Shown: positions 19,317 through 30,359, counted from the first letter of the whole stretch. The stretch: 63,768 nucleotides of DNA, filler included, from Trichomonas gallinae (GCA_008369845.1; 7 parts of 7 records of this genome joined end to end with filler, not necessarily neighbours in it), one strand, 5' to 3'. Program-made: numbers and translations. The notes: generated from the letters alone by a model not told the origin.

Positions 19317-20363
19317 GAGTTTATATATATAATATAACTTTGTGTGTTATAGTAAATATATATGTAAATCATTAATTCTAGTTAGTTCAATTTTGAGCAT
19401 AAGTATCGTTAAACATCCATCAACATTCAAAATTGAAATGTTGCTTTTGACAGAAACTTCCTTGATTTTCCAAAGGTGAACTTCTCATTATTTTGGACTT
19501 TAAACTATTAGTGCTGTCTCTATATGATAGAATATGCCTTTATCCAAAAGAACTTTTTGTAATTTAGAAATTCAGATAGAATTTGTCTGGAAAAAGGTAC
19601 ATACCAAGTATAAAGTTACATTAGAACAATATTGTTATCAAATATCAGCCAAAATAACACAAATTTGAGATAATTCTTTAAACAAAATATTGCTCAATTA
19701 CCATCAAAAGAACTGATAAACGAAGTTTTTATATTTACTTATTCTATAAAATTGTTTGTAAAACTATCATGTATTTAGTCTAAAAGAGCATCAATATAGT
19801 TTTTAAAGCATTTTAGCATATGATGCATTTTTGATACATTTAAGATACATATGTTAAGTCTGCATATCATCTTATGCTAATAAAATTTTTTGCATGTAAA
19901 ATATTACGGAAATTAACACATTTAGTAGTACAATATAGAATGGAAAATTAAGTTCTTTGAAGGTATATCACAACTTTTATTCATTCTAACTGGAATTTAT
20001 AATATAATATTATTAATGGGTATATTATGTGAATCGAGATTGGAAATTATGTTGAAGCGAGGAATCTGAACCTAGCATTCAGCACACAGTGTCTATGGAC
20101 ACAATAGAATCATTTGACGCGGAGTTATTTTTTTTTTCAATTTTTGTGCAAAAAATTAGAATTTTCCTTTGTAAAGTTTTTTTAATAAAAAAAGGTTAGA
20201 ACGGTCCCTTAAAGTTGTAATTTTCGAGATTAGTGTTTTTGATTCCCCTGTGATACAGCTCTATTACAAAACTCACAGTGAAACCAGTACCTGCTAATAA
20301 TAGTATTAATTCTTTATTTGTATGTACAATACTTATAATTTCATCGTACCCAGTCGTATTTTT

Positions 20364-21638
20364 TTATTGAAGGGCATCGATAAAAGCATTGTATTGAGCT
20401 GGATCTGGCCATTTCTCATTTGCAGCGTAATAAGCAGCGACTTCAAAGGCTTTTGCAAAACGTTCTACGTTGCAATTGTTATTTGAATAGTGCTGAAAAC
20501 CTTTAGTCATAAACCAAATGATTTTCATTCCAATTGAGATTGCAGGGAAATATACTGAATAATCCCACATTTCTGTGTTCACATATACAACTACCGATTT
20601 AGGACTCATGAAAATAACATGATGACTATTACTGCCGCATACATTACCAAACACTTTCACGCTTGCATGTAGTTTGGCTGATTCAACGAAATCATTCAAT
20701 TTTTCATCAATAATCTGCCAATCAATATGAGGAACTCTTGCTCTTAATGCTGCCATGCATTGATCTAAATTTAGAATAATTCTATTCTTTGCTGTTCTCT
20801 TCATAAAACCATATAGAGTGGGTTCGATCGCTGTTAAATTCATTTTTTCTCTAATTGTAATACTTAGCTTATAAGGTAACGTGCCAAAATGGACAACATG
20901 CGGCATTGGATGCGTAGCCGATATGAGGCTATCGCAATGTACCCATTCTTTTTCATTTAGATAAATAACATTATCAGTCAAATCCAATAAAGCAAAAAAT
21001 TGTTTCACGTAAGATGCAGGGGTAACATGAATAATTGTTGATGCTCTCAAGAACTGCTTCGGCAAAGCCATGAGAGGGAACAAACAATCAGCAATGAAAT
21101 GACCATAACTGTTAAATCCATGATGAAGCGAAACACCAGTCATAACATGCTTGACTACTGGGCCTGACCATGATTCATAAATCCATCCAGGCCCGGTTGT
21201 ATTTCCTGATATTATTAGATTAGTTCCATCGGAAACTATTGCATGACTTCCAACGTAAACATCTCGAAAAACTGTATATATGCAATCAATCTCGTTAGAC
21301 CAACGTATGAAACTAGCTTGGCCGAATCTAGGATGTTCAAAAATGTAGTTATTTCCGCGAACAGTAGAATGGCCGGGTAGAAATAAATATTTTGTGTCAT
21401 CTTTAAAGAAAAAGGCAAAGTTGGATCTTGGCGGGTTGAATTTATCGTTGATATGCATATAGCCGATTGTATGCTGAGGACTTGCCTTGATTACTCTACC
21501 TATTTGAACGAATTCCATAATTTTGCTGCCGGTGTATATATCAACCATATATCTAACGTCGTTGTCTACCCTTAAGTTATAAAATAAGAACGCAGGAAAA
21601 ATCATTATGATTATGGCTGAGAAAACTTGACAGAACAT
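20364..21638 (-). CDS. Glycosyltransferase family 61-like (DUF563) type II membrane protein
   Basis: First ATG at 21638 (the track start is TTG). N-terminal TM, NSYGHFIADCL, KRTAKNRIILN and ASVKVFGNVCGSNSHHVIFM motifs. Confidence 0.8.
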   Translation of the reverse strand: MFCQVFSAIIIMIFPAFLFYNLRVDNDVRYMVDIYTGSKIMEFVQIGRVIKASPQHTIGYMHINDKFNPPRSNFAFFFKDDTKYLFLPGHSTVRGNNYIFEHPRFGQASFIRWSNEIDCIYTVFRDVYVGSHAIVSDGTNLIISGNTTGPGWIYESWSGPVVKHVMTGVSLHHGFNSYGHFIADCLFPLMALPKQFLRASTIIHVTPASYVKQFFALLDLTDNVIYLNEKEWVHCDSLISATHPMPHVVHFGTLPYKLSITIREKMNLTAIEPTLYGFMKRTAKNRIILNLDQCMAALRARVPHIDWQIIDEKLNDFVESAKLHASVKVFGNVCGSNSHHVIFMSPKSVVVYVNTEMWDYSVYFPAISIGMKIIWFMTKGFQHYSNNNCNVERFAKAFEVAAYYAANEKWPDPAQYNAFIDALQ

Positions 21639-21695
21639 ATATGTTGGCGAAAAATTTGACAACAGATAAAGTTCTAGAAACTAATTTTTCTCATG

Positions 21696-21749
21696 AGCAT
21701 TTTAATCTATTTAATACATTATATATAGCATTTAATCTATTTAATACAT
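21696..21749. repeat. Short direct repeat AGCATT(T)TAATCTATTTAATACAT x2
   Basis: Seen directly in the spacer between the divergent GT61 gene and the pseudogene. Confidence 0.8.
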
Positions 21750-21751
21750 GG

Positions 21752-22661
21752 ATGCCGCTTTTTTTCCATCTTTATTTACTTTGCTTATTACTAATTATAT
21801 TCCATATTATAAATCATGCTACTGTTGAATTCAACACCGAAGGCTTATGATGTCGTGAAATCAATCTCAGGAACCAAATTAATAAATTATATTCCAAAGG
21901 ACCTTTAGATACTGTTACAACTATCAACGAGTCAATCAATTGGAAAGGAGTAAAATGCAAAAATCATGGTAAATGGAGCGATGAAGATGACCTTTCAAAA
22001 AGCCTTTTATATGAGTATTTCAAATCAAACTCGGCGTTGTAACAGATATTTACGTTAACCGTGCACCAGGAATATGAACTTCAAAATATTTTCAATGTCC
22101 CTTCGAACACTTCTTGGTTTTATAATCAAAGAAGACGCCGTTGTCTTCGGCCATGCCTTTAGTTTTCAATACTATGCTTGGAATCATCTCCCTCAAACAG
22201 CTTACTGCAGTAGACCACTTAAATTAATTAAAAAGTTAATACACGATGCGCTTGGTCATGATGGAATACCAACAACTCGCTACGTATGCTACAAAAGAGA
22301 AGCTAGAAGGAAAATTTTGAATTTTGCTGAGATGGTTATTTCATTAAAATCAAATTTTCCAGAATATAACTGGGAAAGAATAAAAGATCATATGAGTCTT
22401 GTTGATCAACAAATATTTGCTAGTATCAAGCTTACTATATCAAGAAACGGCTCGCATTACTTCTGATGCTTTATCATGAACAAGGGCTGAGTTGCTGTTG
22501 AAGTTCTGGGTATATTCCATGATATATGGGCGTTCTGATGTCATCAGGCGTTCACGTTATATCACTGCAACACCCGGGAATTGACCATGCCATATGGTTG
22601 GGTGGAGCTACATTAATATGGAGATTTATAAGATTATCAAGTATTTGCAGCCTTATCTTAA
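21752..22661 (+). pseudogene. GT61-like pseudogene
   Basis: TM start MPLFFHLYLLCLLLIIF, then stops and shifts. The fragments KREARRKILNFAEMV...FASIKLTISRNGSHYF*CFIMNKG*VAVEV align by eye to the neighbouring GT61. Confidence 0.8.
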
Positions 22662-24097
22662 GGATGTATAATTTTGTTTTTGTCCAAAAGAGATAAAGAG
22701 TGTCCAATTCTGATCATTTTAATAAATTGATTGCTTTAATATCTAATACCAGGTTCGAGATTGATGAGCTAATAATATAAAGAAGATAACGATGGTTGAT
22801 AATGGCAAAAGAGCAACAAACTTAGCATAATTTAAATATTTCGTGCAAAAACGTCCGAGAATTTTTATTTAGTATTATCATCCATATTAATAATTGGTTG
22901 TGACCAACGCAAATGAAATCTTATATTTTGGTTATATAGCTAAAATTGAAAAAATGCTATTCTTGGATTCATCAAAGTGTATAAATGCTATTTAACCTAT
23001 TTAATTACGCTGTTCCTAAGTACATCTTGTTATATATATAAATAGAGCCATATCTCAGAAAATTGAATTTACACTTAAAAAGTGGATGTTAAGCAATTCA
23101 AAATTAATAAAATCAGCATCATTTCGTTATTTAACTCAGATAATGCGTCTTATCATATAATTTAATCTTTGATAAAAATATTATTTTGTTTATATATATT
23201 GTATTCAACATATCAAAACATATAATATTTCTAAGTTTTTTTTTCTCTAAGCGACTTTCGATCAATGTAAACATCAGAATAGATGAACTTGAGATTTGTA
23301 GGGCACCTCGATAATAATGGTGCTCTGCAATACATCGCATTCATATAATATGTTAATCCATTGCTACAGTATTATGAAAATTCAGAAAATCGATTCATAA
23401 CTTCAATTTTCATCTATTGGGTTTTTAATACGTATGCTACAACTTATCAAAAGGCTAAAATGATTATTTTTTCATTGAACAACTTATCCAAAGGCCAAAT
23501 TTTGTGCAAAACACAAAATAAAGAATGGAAAATATCAAAATTTTATATTGCGATGTAAAACGAAATTTTAATGCTTTCCAGGAATAAAACTACTATTTTA
23601 ATGGGTTAATCATTGAAAGAAGAGTCTATTTCAGAATTTCTGCATATCGAATTTCAAACTTACAATGCTTGCCAAGATTATTATTCATCCATCAAGTTAC
23701 AAAAACACGATGATTCCGGAAATTTTATCCGGCCTTGTAATACGAAAATGAATACGTTGCTATTTTTCAGCCAAGACGTTTCTTTTTTAAGCATTAGCCT
23801 AGACATGGAAAAGTAGTAAGAATCAATCGTTGTTATTTACTAGTTTCCTTCCCAATAATATTCGATTTTTGCATTTTACCGTTTAGAAAACATCGTATAT
23901 TGACAATATATCGAAAATGTCATAGATATACTGATTCTCGAATTTATATGACTAACCTTTCAATATGTTGTCAAAAAGTGCTATTAAGTTCCAAATTTTA
24001 TGATCCTACTATGCTATATTTAAATATTGATATCTAGAAATATCGAAAATAACCTTTGGCATAAACAATACTGTTTTGTATCTTTAATTTCAATTGA

Positions 24098-25687
24098 ATG
24101 TTCATGTTTAAAAGATACAAAACTGGGCCATATAGACTGATCATGGCATACTTTCTGATAATGGTGTCTTTTATGGCTTTTTGCCTTTTACATGAATATT
24201 TCCATTTCATATCAGTACCTGAAACAATTCAAATATCAGATACCAATATCAGTAATCAGACAGATGTAATAGCCAATATTACAACCCCGTCAAAAGAAGC
24301 TATAGATTCAAATACATTTTCAGAGATCAAAGAGACGAAAATTGATCATATTCCATATAACCCAATCAAAGTTCATACAGATCGATTCAATTTCCTTAAA
24401 AATTTCGATTTTAACAAAAATACTGCATATACTGAAGATAAAGAAATGCAAAAAATCGATTATTCACAAAGAAAAACACCAGAACCTTTAATACCAAAGA
24501 ATTTCGATCTAGAAATCGAAGGAGTTGCAGCTCTCGAAATTTCACCCGGCGTTTTTGTTTTACATAACTATTCTGCGACACGCTCCTACAGATCATTTAA
24601 TTTTAACGGATCAGTTATCAATGTTACCACATTTGATTCCGGATTTATGAAAGAACATTTTGTTTGGCTTCCTCCTTTCGATTGGAGACTTCCTCGCGGT
24701 CTAACCAAACAGCAAACGGAGCTATTCTGGAAACAACCAGAGAATCACTGGCATTTCGATGATGCTAATATATTTCATACCGGCGTAGTATGGGAAATTC
24801 AGAATGGATCGATGGCCATATGCAATGAATTCTCGTGCAAGAACCATAACTACACACATCACTTGAATTACTGTCAATGGCCGAAACAAGTTTCAAATCC
24901 GTCATTCAAAGGCAACCTTTTCGCATTTGGCGGCCATTATATTGAAATTTTCCAGCATTTCTTCGATAACGGCGTCCCACACATGGCATTTGCGTCGTTC
25001 GCCACTGGTTATGATCCAACAAATGTAACAGTTGCAACTACCGCATGCAACGGTGTTACACTTGCTGTCGTTAATAGAATCGGCTTCAAGATGCAACAAA
25101 AATGCATGGGAAGTGGCCAAGAAGTCAGCGCAACAAACCTAATCGTTATTCCGAGCATGAGAGTCCTTCATCCACTCTACTACGAGTGGTACTATAGCCG
25201 CATGAATTTGCCTGACATGAAGAAAGACAAGATCGTGATCATCCCGAGAGGTGGTGGAAGTGGCGGTGGCAACGCCAGAATCATTCACAACGTCAGAGAT
25301 ATCAAGACTCCTCTGGCAGCGATCCACGGAGAGCAAAATGTTGTAATACACAGTGGCTCTAAGTCCCTCAACGATTTAATAAACTTATTCAGCACAGCCA
25401 AAGTTATAGTTGGGCCACATGGTGGCGCGTTTTACAACCAGTTCCTTGCAGGCAGAAATACAGACGTTATAGAAATGATTCCACAGCTGAGCAGTGGTAA
25501 ATACCCGAAGCAGAATCATTGGGACAGACTTATTCCCTTCGCGCACTTATCGATGTACTCCAACACTCTGATGCTCGGCCAGCGATTCTGGAGGTATATC
25601 ACCATGGATGTAGATATTAACTATAATATTGATATTGATGATTTCATTAAATGGTCGAAGCAAATCCCTGCAATGGCCAATGCTTGA
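24098..25687 (+). CDS. Glycosyltransferase family 61-like type II membrane protein, 529 aa
   Basis: N-terminal TM and stem, FQHFFDNGVP, ARIIHN and LFSTAKVIVGPHGGAFYNQF...VIEM (GT61 signature). Confidence 0.85.
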   Translation: MFMFKRYKTGPYRLIMAYFLIMVSFMAFCLLHEYFHFISVPETIQISDTNISNQTDVIANITTPSKEAIDSNTFSEIKETKIDHIPYNPIKVHTDRFNFLKNFDFNKNTAYTEDKEMQKIDYSQRKTPEPLIPKNFDLEIEGVAALEISPGVFVLHNYSATRSYRSFNFNGSVINVTTFDSGFMKEHFVWLPPFDWRLPRGLTKQQTELFWKQPENHWHFDDANIFHTGVVWEIQNGSMAICNEFSCKNHNYTHHLNYCQWPKQVSNPSFKGNLFAFGGHYIEIFQHFFDNGVPHMAFASFATGYDPTNVTVATTACNGVTLAVVNRIGFKMQQKCMGSGQEVSATNLIVIPSMRVLHPLYYEWYYSRMNLPDMKKDKIVIIPRGGGSGGGNARIIHNVRDIKTPLAAIHGEQNVVIHSGSKSLNDLINLFSTAKVIVGPHGGAFYNQFLAGRNTDVIEMIPQLSSGKYPKQNHWDRLIPFAHLSMYSNTLMLGQRFWRYITMDVDINYNIDIDDFIKWSKQIPAMANA

Positions 25688-25764
25688 CCTGATTTTTATA
25701 TATATTTCTTTTGAAACTGTAAGATCATATGATTAAATCTTTTTATTTTTTTATTTTTTTTTTC

Positions 25765-26112
25765 CATAGCTACATACTTGATTTTATAAAATATTTTCTA
25801 AAAAACAAAGCAATAAAAATCCACGTGTTATTTTAAAATTATGAAAAAATTGAAAATTATATATCAATAATGAAGTTAAAATCATACTCACTGGATATAG
25901 TTGTGTCATCTTTGATGTTATCAAGCTCTTACAAATTGAAAGTATCCTCTGGGTCGAAAAAAGTAATGAATTGGAATCACTTAAACATTTTCATATTTCA
26001 AGAAATATTCACAGAGTTCATTATATACCAAACGAATGGAATGAATGTTTAACTCATGTGAGTGTTTGCAATGAAATATTCGATATTGTTTGTATGCGTA
26101 AGAAAAGACCTG
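25765..26112 (-). pseudogene. Degenerate copy of the 3' end and downstream flank of the Pmp-like gene (about 7535-7905)
   Basis: The reverse complement aligns colinearly with the parent, e.g. TTCGACCCAGA(G/A)GATACTTTCAA, CACAACTATATCCA, ACACGTGGATTTTTATT and GAAAATATTTTATAAAATCA. It contains stops and an indel. The 26065-26112 part is weak. Confidence 0.88.
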
Positions 26113-26289
26113 CGATATCAGTGATTGGACTACACATATCCTTATATGTATTCAAATCAGAAGAATATTAATAAAAATGAGCCAGAATTTTAATAATATT
26201 TCATTTTAAAATCAAGAAATCCGATTCCCAGTATATGCTGTCACTGAATTTATACTTATTATCTGTTTTTAGGAATCAACCCAGAAATT

Positions 26290-26295
26290 TCACTT
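26290..26295 (+). promoter_or_regulatory. Initiator TCACTT
   Basis: Starts 12 nt upstream of the ATG at 26302. Confidence 0.7.
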
Positions 26296-26301
26296 TTCAA
26301 A

Positions 26302-28572
26302 ATGAAACTTCAGATAGAGCTAGAGAATGGAGAGAAAGTAACCGTTACAATTGACAATGCTGAGTCTATCTCAGCAATTAAAAACTATTTATCAAATAAT
26401 TTGAGGGTTCCCTCCGAATCAATAAATATTTTTTCAGATAATCAAGAATTAGATAACTCATATATACTTAAAAATGCTGAATATTCTGAAAATGCATGTT
26501 TATTCTGTAAAATATCCGCAGATTCGAGTTTTCCAGCGAAAAATCTGATTCCATCGACCCCTGACCCAGAAAAAATCAAATACATTACAAATATGGGATT
26601 CAATGAAGAAATAGTAAAATCTGCTCTTGCAAAAAATGAAAACGACGTTGAAAATACAATATCATTTCTCAAAAGCAATTCTCAAACAGTACATGCATTA
26701 GAAGTCATACCAGAATCACAAGATAAGCATCTGGACTCTCCGTTAGTCGATTCAAATTTAGTACAAATGAGAGTTGAATCAAACGATGAAAACAGTGAAG
26801 AAGAGAACTTAATTAAACAACCTATTAAAACAGAAGAAAATGATAAATTCGAAGAAATGAAAGAAGAAGAAAACTTAATTCAAGAACCTGTTGAAGCAGA
26901 AGAAAACAAAAAGGAACAAAAGGAAATAAAACATGCTAAATCAAAAGCAGATAAAGAAGAACAGCTCCAGACATCACTGGATCTTATCGATAGGATTAAA
27001 ATGAGAAGAGAAGTGGAATCCAAAAAGGCAAAGCCAAACAAGATAGCTAAGGAAATCAAATTACTGCCATTGAAATCGGACGATGATGAGAGAGAAAGTG
27101 AAAATGAAGATTACTCAGAAATGGACGAGCCAGTTTTAATAGGCCGCTCTGAAACTACTGAAATTAAAACATCATACGATGAAGAAAACACAAAGAAAGA
27201 GTCCAAACTAAAAGGAGAAGGAAAGAAAAGTAAAGAAGAGAGTTCAGAAAAACTAGAGGAAGAAGAACCAGTACCACTGAAAAGAAGAAATATTCTGCCA
27301 AAGAAAAGAGGAAGGAAATCTAAGAGTGATGAAAATAACGAAGAGGAAGAAGAAGTCAAAGAAAAGAAGAAGAAAATTATCGCAAAGAACTGGTCTGCGA
27401 CAGAAGACAAAACTCTCAAGGAATACTTACTCAAAAATGCTCCGGTCGACAAAGAAAAGTGGAAGAAATTGGCTGACAAGATCCTGAACAGGTCTGTCAA
27501 AGAAGTACAAACTAGATACACTGTTCTAAAGATGTCTGGTGAAATCACAAAAGATGAAGCAAAAATAATTCTCCCAGAGGTCTCTTTCAAGGTCGAGGAT
27601 GGAGTGTTTGGAGAAGGAGAAGAATACGACAAGGCTCCGAAGAAAATGCTGAACGTTTATAACCTATTGAACTTGTTCATTTTAAAGGGATGCAGCTGGG
27701 AAGCTTTGAGTGCTCACTTCAAAAAGTTCAATGTTGGATACCTGGCATATGTCTTGTATTGGATGGCGAGGCATTCAGCGAGAGATGATCCAGATCCAAA
27801 CTTCCCAGATATGATGGACAAAATTGTCTTGGAGATGCACTTCGACGGCAAGAAAGTTTCGGAAATCAAGAGAATCATCAAGAAAGAACCAAGTATGATT
27901 ACTTCGCATATCGAATTCGTGCTTAAAACTCTTGTAGAGCCAAACAATATGAAATTCTTCAGGACATTGATTGATGCATTTCCACCTCAAATTCCTCGTG
28001 GCTCATCATATGATAAAAACTGCATCCCTTCATATGTATCAGATCTCATAACGCCAAGCACTGACACTTTCTTGTTGCCTAGAAACTTGAAAGTCAGGAA
28101 ATTTGGCCTTAAAGTTGTCGAAGAATTCCAGCCTCCTAGCGGTTTGCTTAGACTATCCAAGGCTATTAAGATATTCTATAATGGCACTGGATGGCAGAAC
28201 GAGCTTTGGCACACTTTCCCGAGCATCCCACCGGGCTACTTCGTGTGGATCATGTGGATGATGATGAAGAAGCTGACAGGCGTCGAGGATGATGACGGCT
28301 GGTCCAACGCCGACACAAGGAAAGTTTTGATGATGCAATCATCAGGAATATCAAAGAATGAAATGTTGAAACTATTGCCAGATGTCAATCCAACACAGAT
28401 TAGAACAAAATTAAATTTAGTCGAAAGAAATCTCAATTCAACAAATGTAATCAAAGACTTCTTGGAAGAATATCCGAAGCTTTCTGCAAAATCGCCATCT
28501 TATGATGACGAAATGTTCCCTCTTTTCGTTGATGAAGCTATCAAAACATATCTAGAAAAAAATAAGAAATAG
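26302..28572 (+). CDS. Ubiquitin-like + UBA + acidic linker + Myb/SANT domain protein, 756 aa
   Basis: N-terminal UBL (MKLQIELENG...LDNSYIL), UBA (ITNMGFNEEIVKSALAKNENDVENTISFL), KKRGRK and a Myb repeat (WSATEDKTL...WKKLADKILNRSVKEVQTRY). Confidence 0.82.
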   Translation: MKLQIELENGEKVTVTIDNAESISAIKNYLSNNLRVPSESINIFSDNQELDNSYILKNAEYSENACLFCKISADSSFPAKNLIPSTPDPEKIKYITNMGFNEEIVKSALAKNENDVENTISFLKSNSQTVHALEVIPESQDKHLDSPLVDSNLVQMRVESNDENSEEENLIKQPIKTEENDKFEEMKEEENLIQEPVEAEENKKEQKEIKHAKSKADKEEQLQTSLDLIDRIKMRREVESKKAKPNKIAKEIKLLPLKSDDDERESENEDYSEMDEPVLIGRSETTEIKTSYDEENTKKESKLKGEGKKSKEESSEKLEEEEPVPLKRRNILPKKRGRKSKSDENNEEEEEVKEKKKKIIAKNWSATEDKTLKEYLLKNAPVDKEKWKKLADKILNRSVKEVQTRYTVLKMSGEITKDEAKIILPEVSFKVEDGVFGEGEEYDKAPKKMLNVYNLLNLFILKGCSWEALSAHFKKFNVGYLAYVLYWMARHSARDDPDPNFPDMMDKIVLEMHFDGKKVSEIKRIIKKEPSMITSHIEFVLKTLVEPNNMKFFRTLIDAFPPQIPRGSSYDKNCIPSYVSDLITPSTDTFLLPRNLKVRKFGLKVVEEFQPPSGLLRLSKAIKIFYNGTGWQNELWHTFPSIPPGYFVWIMWMMMKKLTGVEDDDGWSNADTRKVLMMQSSGISKNEMLKLLPDVNPTQIRTKLNLVERNLNSTNVIKDFLEEYPKLSAKSPSYDDEMFPLFVDEAIKTYLEKNKK

Positions 28573-28714
28573 AATTGTAATCAATAAATTGTTTATTTTC
28601 TAAATATCATGGTTATTTTTAATCTACTGAAAATACAAACATATTAAATTTGAGGTAAACATGACGTGTAATTTATAATAACGACATGTAAACTGTTTTT
28701 GACATGTAAACAAG

Positions 28715-30253
28715 TTATTTGAGAATAGCTTTGATTTTATCAAAGAGATCCTTGTCGATAGAATAAGAGATTGGAGTCACATACCAGTCAAATGAATTGA
28801 GGTCATCGTTAGCAATAATCTTCTCCATCTTGCAGTAAAGAAGGAATGGAGGAATGGCGATAATTTTGTCGGAAGTGTTGCCGATGAGAGAATTGATGAA
28901 GTCTGCAATGTATCCGTATCCTTGTGTGACAATGTTAAAGAAGATTACATTCACCACTTCAGGAGGTAGAAGGGCCGGTTCTGCGGTGAAGATCTTTGTG
29001 ACGCATGAAATTGCTCTCTTTAGGAGAATGGTGATGTTCTTTTGATTTTCCAAAGCAGAGATTTTCCACGTGAAGCTTTTGTGGAAAATGCCAAGCTTTG
29101 GCTGGAATAATTTATGCGATGCTATTTGCCTGGCAAAAATCGATGATAGAACAATTGGATTTAGAGATGTTATCCATTCATCGAATGTTTCTGCTTTCTG
29201 AAAGATTCTATTGGTAACAAAGACTCCAGAGTCAGCAAAATATTTGATTTGCATTGAGAACAGTTTAACTTTTTTGTATTTTGCTGATGGATTTATTGCA
29301 AAAGAGATTGTGCTGTTTTTACATGCAGATTTTATATTGAACTCGTATTTCCTATCTTGTATATTCTTTTCAAAGCTAGAAAAAGAAATCCAGCAAATTT
29401 CAAATCCTTCCGAAAGAATTATTGATGCTTTGATTTCATGATGTGGTTCTTCGAAACACGAAGCTATGCAGTCAATCAATGAACGATTGATAACTGAAGA
29501 AATAATGAAAGAAAAATTTGATTCTATTGAAGAATTGATTAAATTTTGTGGTATTGATTCATTTTGTTGCATGAATATGCTATGAAGTTTGAACTTAATA
29601 TTATGGATTGCAGGAATTGCAAATGAATGAAAGAGAACCATAGAAGCAATATTTTCATATTTGAGTTGATCGACAAAGTCTGTAAATGATGCAGAATTCA
29701 TAGTGTTTTTACTCAATTGTTCAATTAAAGGGCTTAATTCTTCGAAAATTTCTTGAATTTCGTTAACATTAAAATAATATTGTGAATCTGGATAAAAAAC
29801 TTGTTCAAATGCTATATGAAGCATTTCTCCACGCTTATATACGTAGATTGGGCATTGGCAAAGTAATATAATCATTATTTTGGCATTTTCTAATTGAAAA
29901 GAAGTGATTTGCGAAGCTAAAACAAATATGATGTCATGCAAAGTGGATTCTTGGATTGATAAATCGAATACTAAACAAAATAATCGCGGTTTCGTACTTT
30001 CTTTCTTTTTGATTTTATAATCTAACGAATACAATGTTGTATCTTCATCATAAAATTTAATAGGATCGCATATTGGACAACATCCTGTCTGAGGAGTCCT
30101 AAATGCACCGCATTTGGGACATATATCAGAATTGGGAACGATCAGCTTTGGATTTTTATCACTTGGCATTGTCAATATTGTTCCCCACATCTTGAACTGT
30201 TGCTGCGCAGTATCAGGAAACAAAAAAGTAGAAGAGGGATAAACTTGGCACAT
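28715..30253 (-). CDS. Divergent Sec23/Sec24-like protein (zinc finger plus trunk/vWA-like domain)
   Basis: CPKCGAF...CPIC zinc finger followed by FCLVFDLS (trunk beta strand). CCTTT (M5-type) about 12 nt upstream of the ATG. Confidence 0.6.
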   Translation of the reverse strand: MCQVYPSSTFLFPDTAQQQFKMWGTILTMPSDKNPKLIVPNSDICPKCGAFRTPQTGCCPICDPIKFYDEDTTLYSLDYKIKKKESTKPRLFCLVFDLSIQESTLHDIIFVLASQITSFQLENAKIMIILLCQCPIYVYKRGEMLHIAFEQVFYPDSQYYFNVNEIQEIFEELSPLIEQLSKNTMNSASFTDFVDQLKYENIASMVLFHSFAIPAIHNIKFKLHSIFMQQNESIPQNLINSSIESNFSFIISSVINRSLIDCIASCFEEPHHEIKASIILSEGFEICWISFSSFEKNIQDRKYEFNIKSACKNSTISFAINPSAKYKKVKLFSMQIKYFADSGVFVTNRIFQKAETFDEWITSLNPIVLSSIFARQIASHKLFQPKLGIFHKSFTWKISALENQKNITILLKRAISCVTKIFTAEPALLPPEVVNVIFFNIVTQGYGYIADFINSLIGNTSDKIIAIPPFLLYCKMEKIIANDDLNSFDWYVTPISYSIDKDLFDKIKAILK

Positions 30254-30267
30254 TAATTTAATAAAAA

Positions 30268-30359
30268 GGGGGCCAATAATAATATTTAGGGGAAAATAAT
30301 TTAGGGGCTAAAATAAATATTTAGGGTGGACTCCTTTGGGGGGGGGGGGTTCGCGGGGG
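30268..30359 (+). repeat. G-tract cluster with three TTTAGGG units and a G12 run
   Basis: G5 at 30268, TTTAGGG at about 30285, 30300 and 30320, G12 at 30338-30349 and G5 at 30355. Confidence 0.85.

Noticed and set aside
20050..20125. Possible tRNA (7-nt-loop hairpin, and GGTTCAGATTCC on the minus strand)
   Set aside because: No cloverleaf, D arm or acceptor stem can be built.
22800..23900. Short ORFs between the GT61 loci
   Set aside because: No GT or other motifs seen. May be old pseudogene debris but is unsupported.
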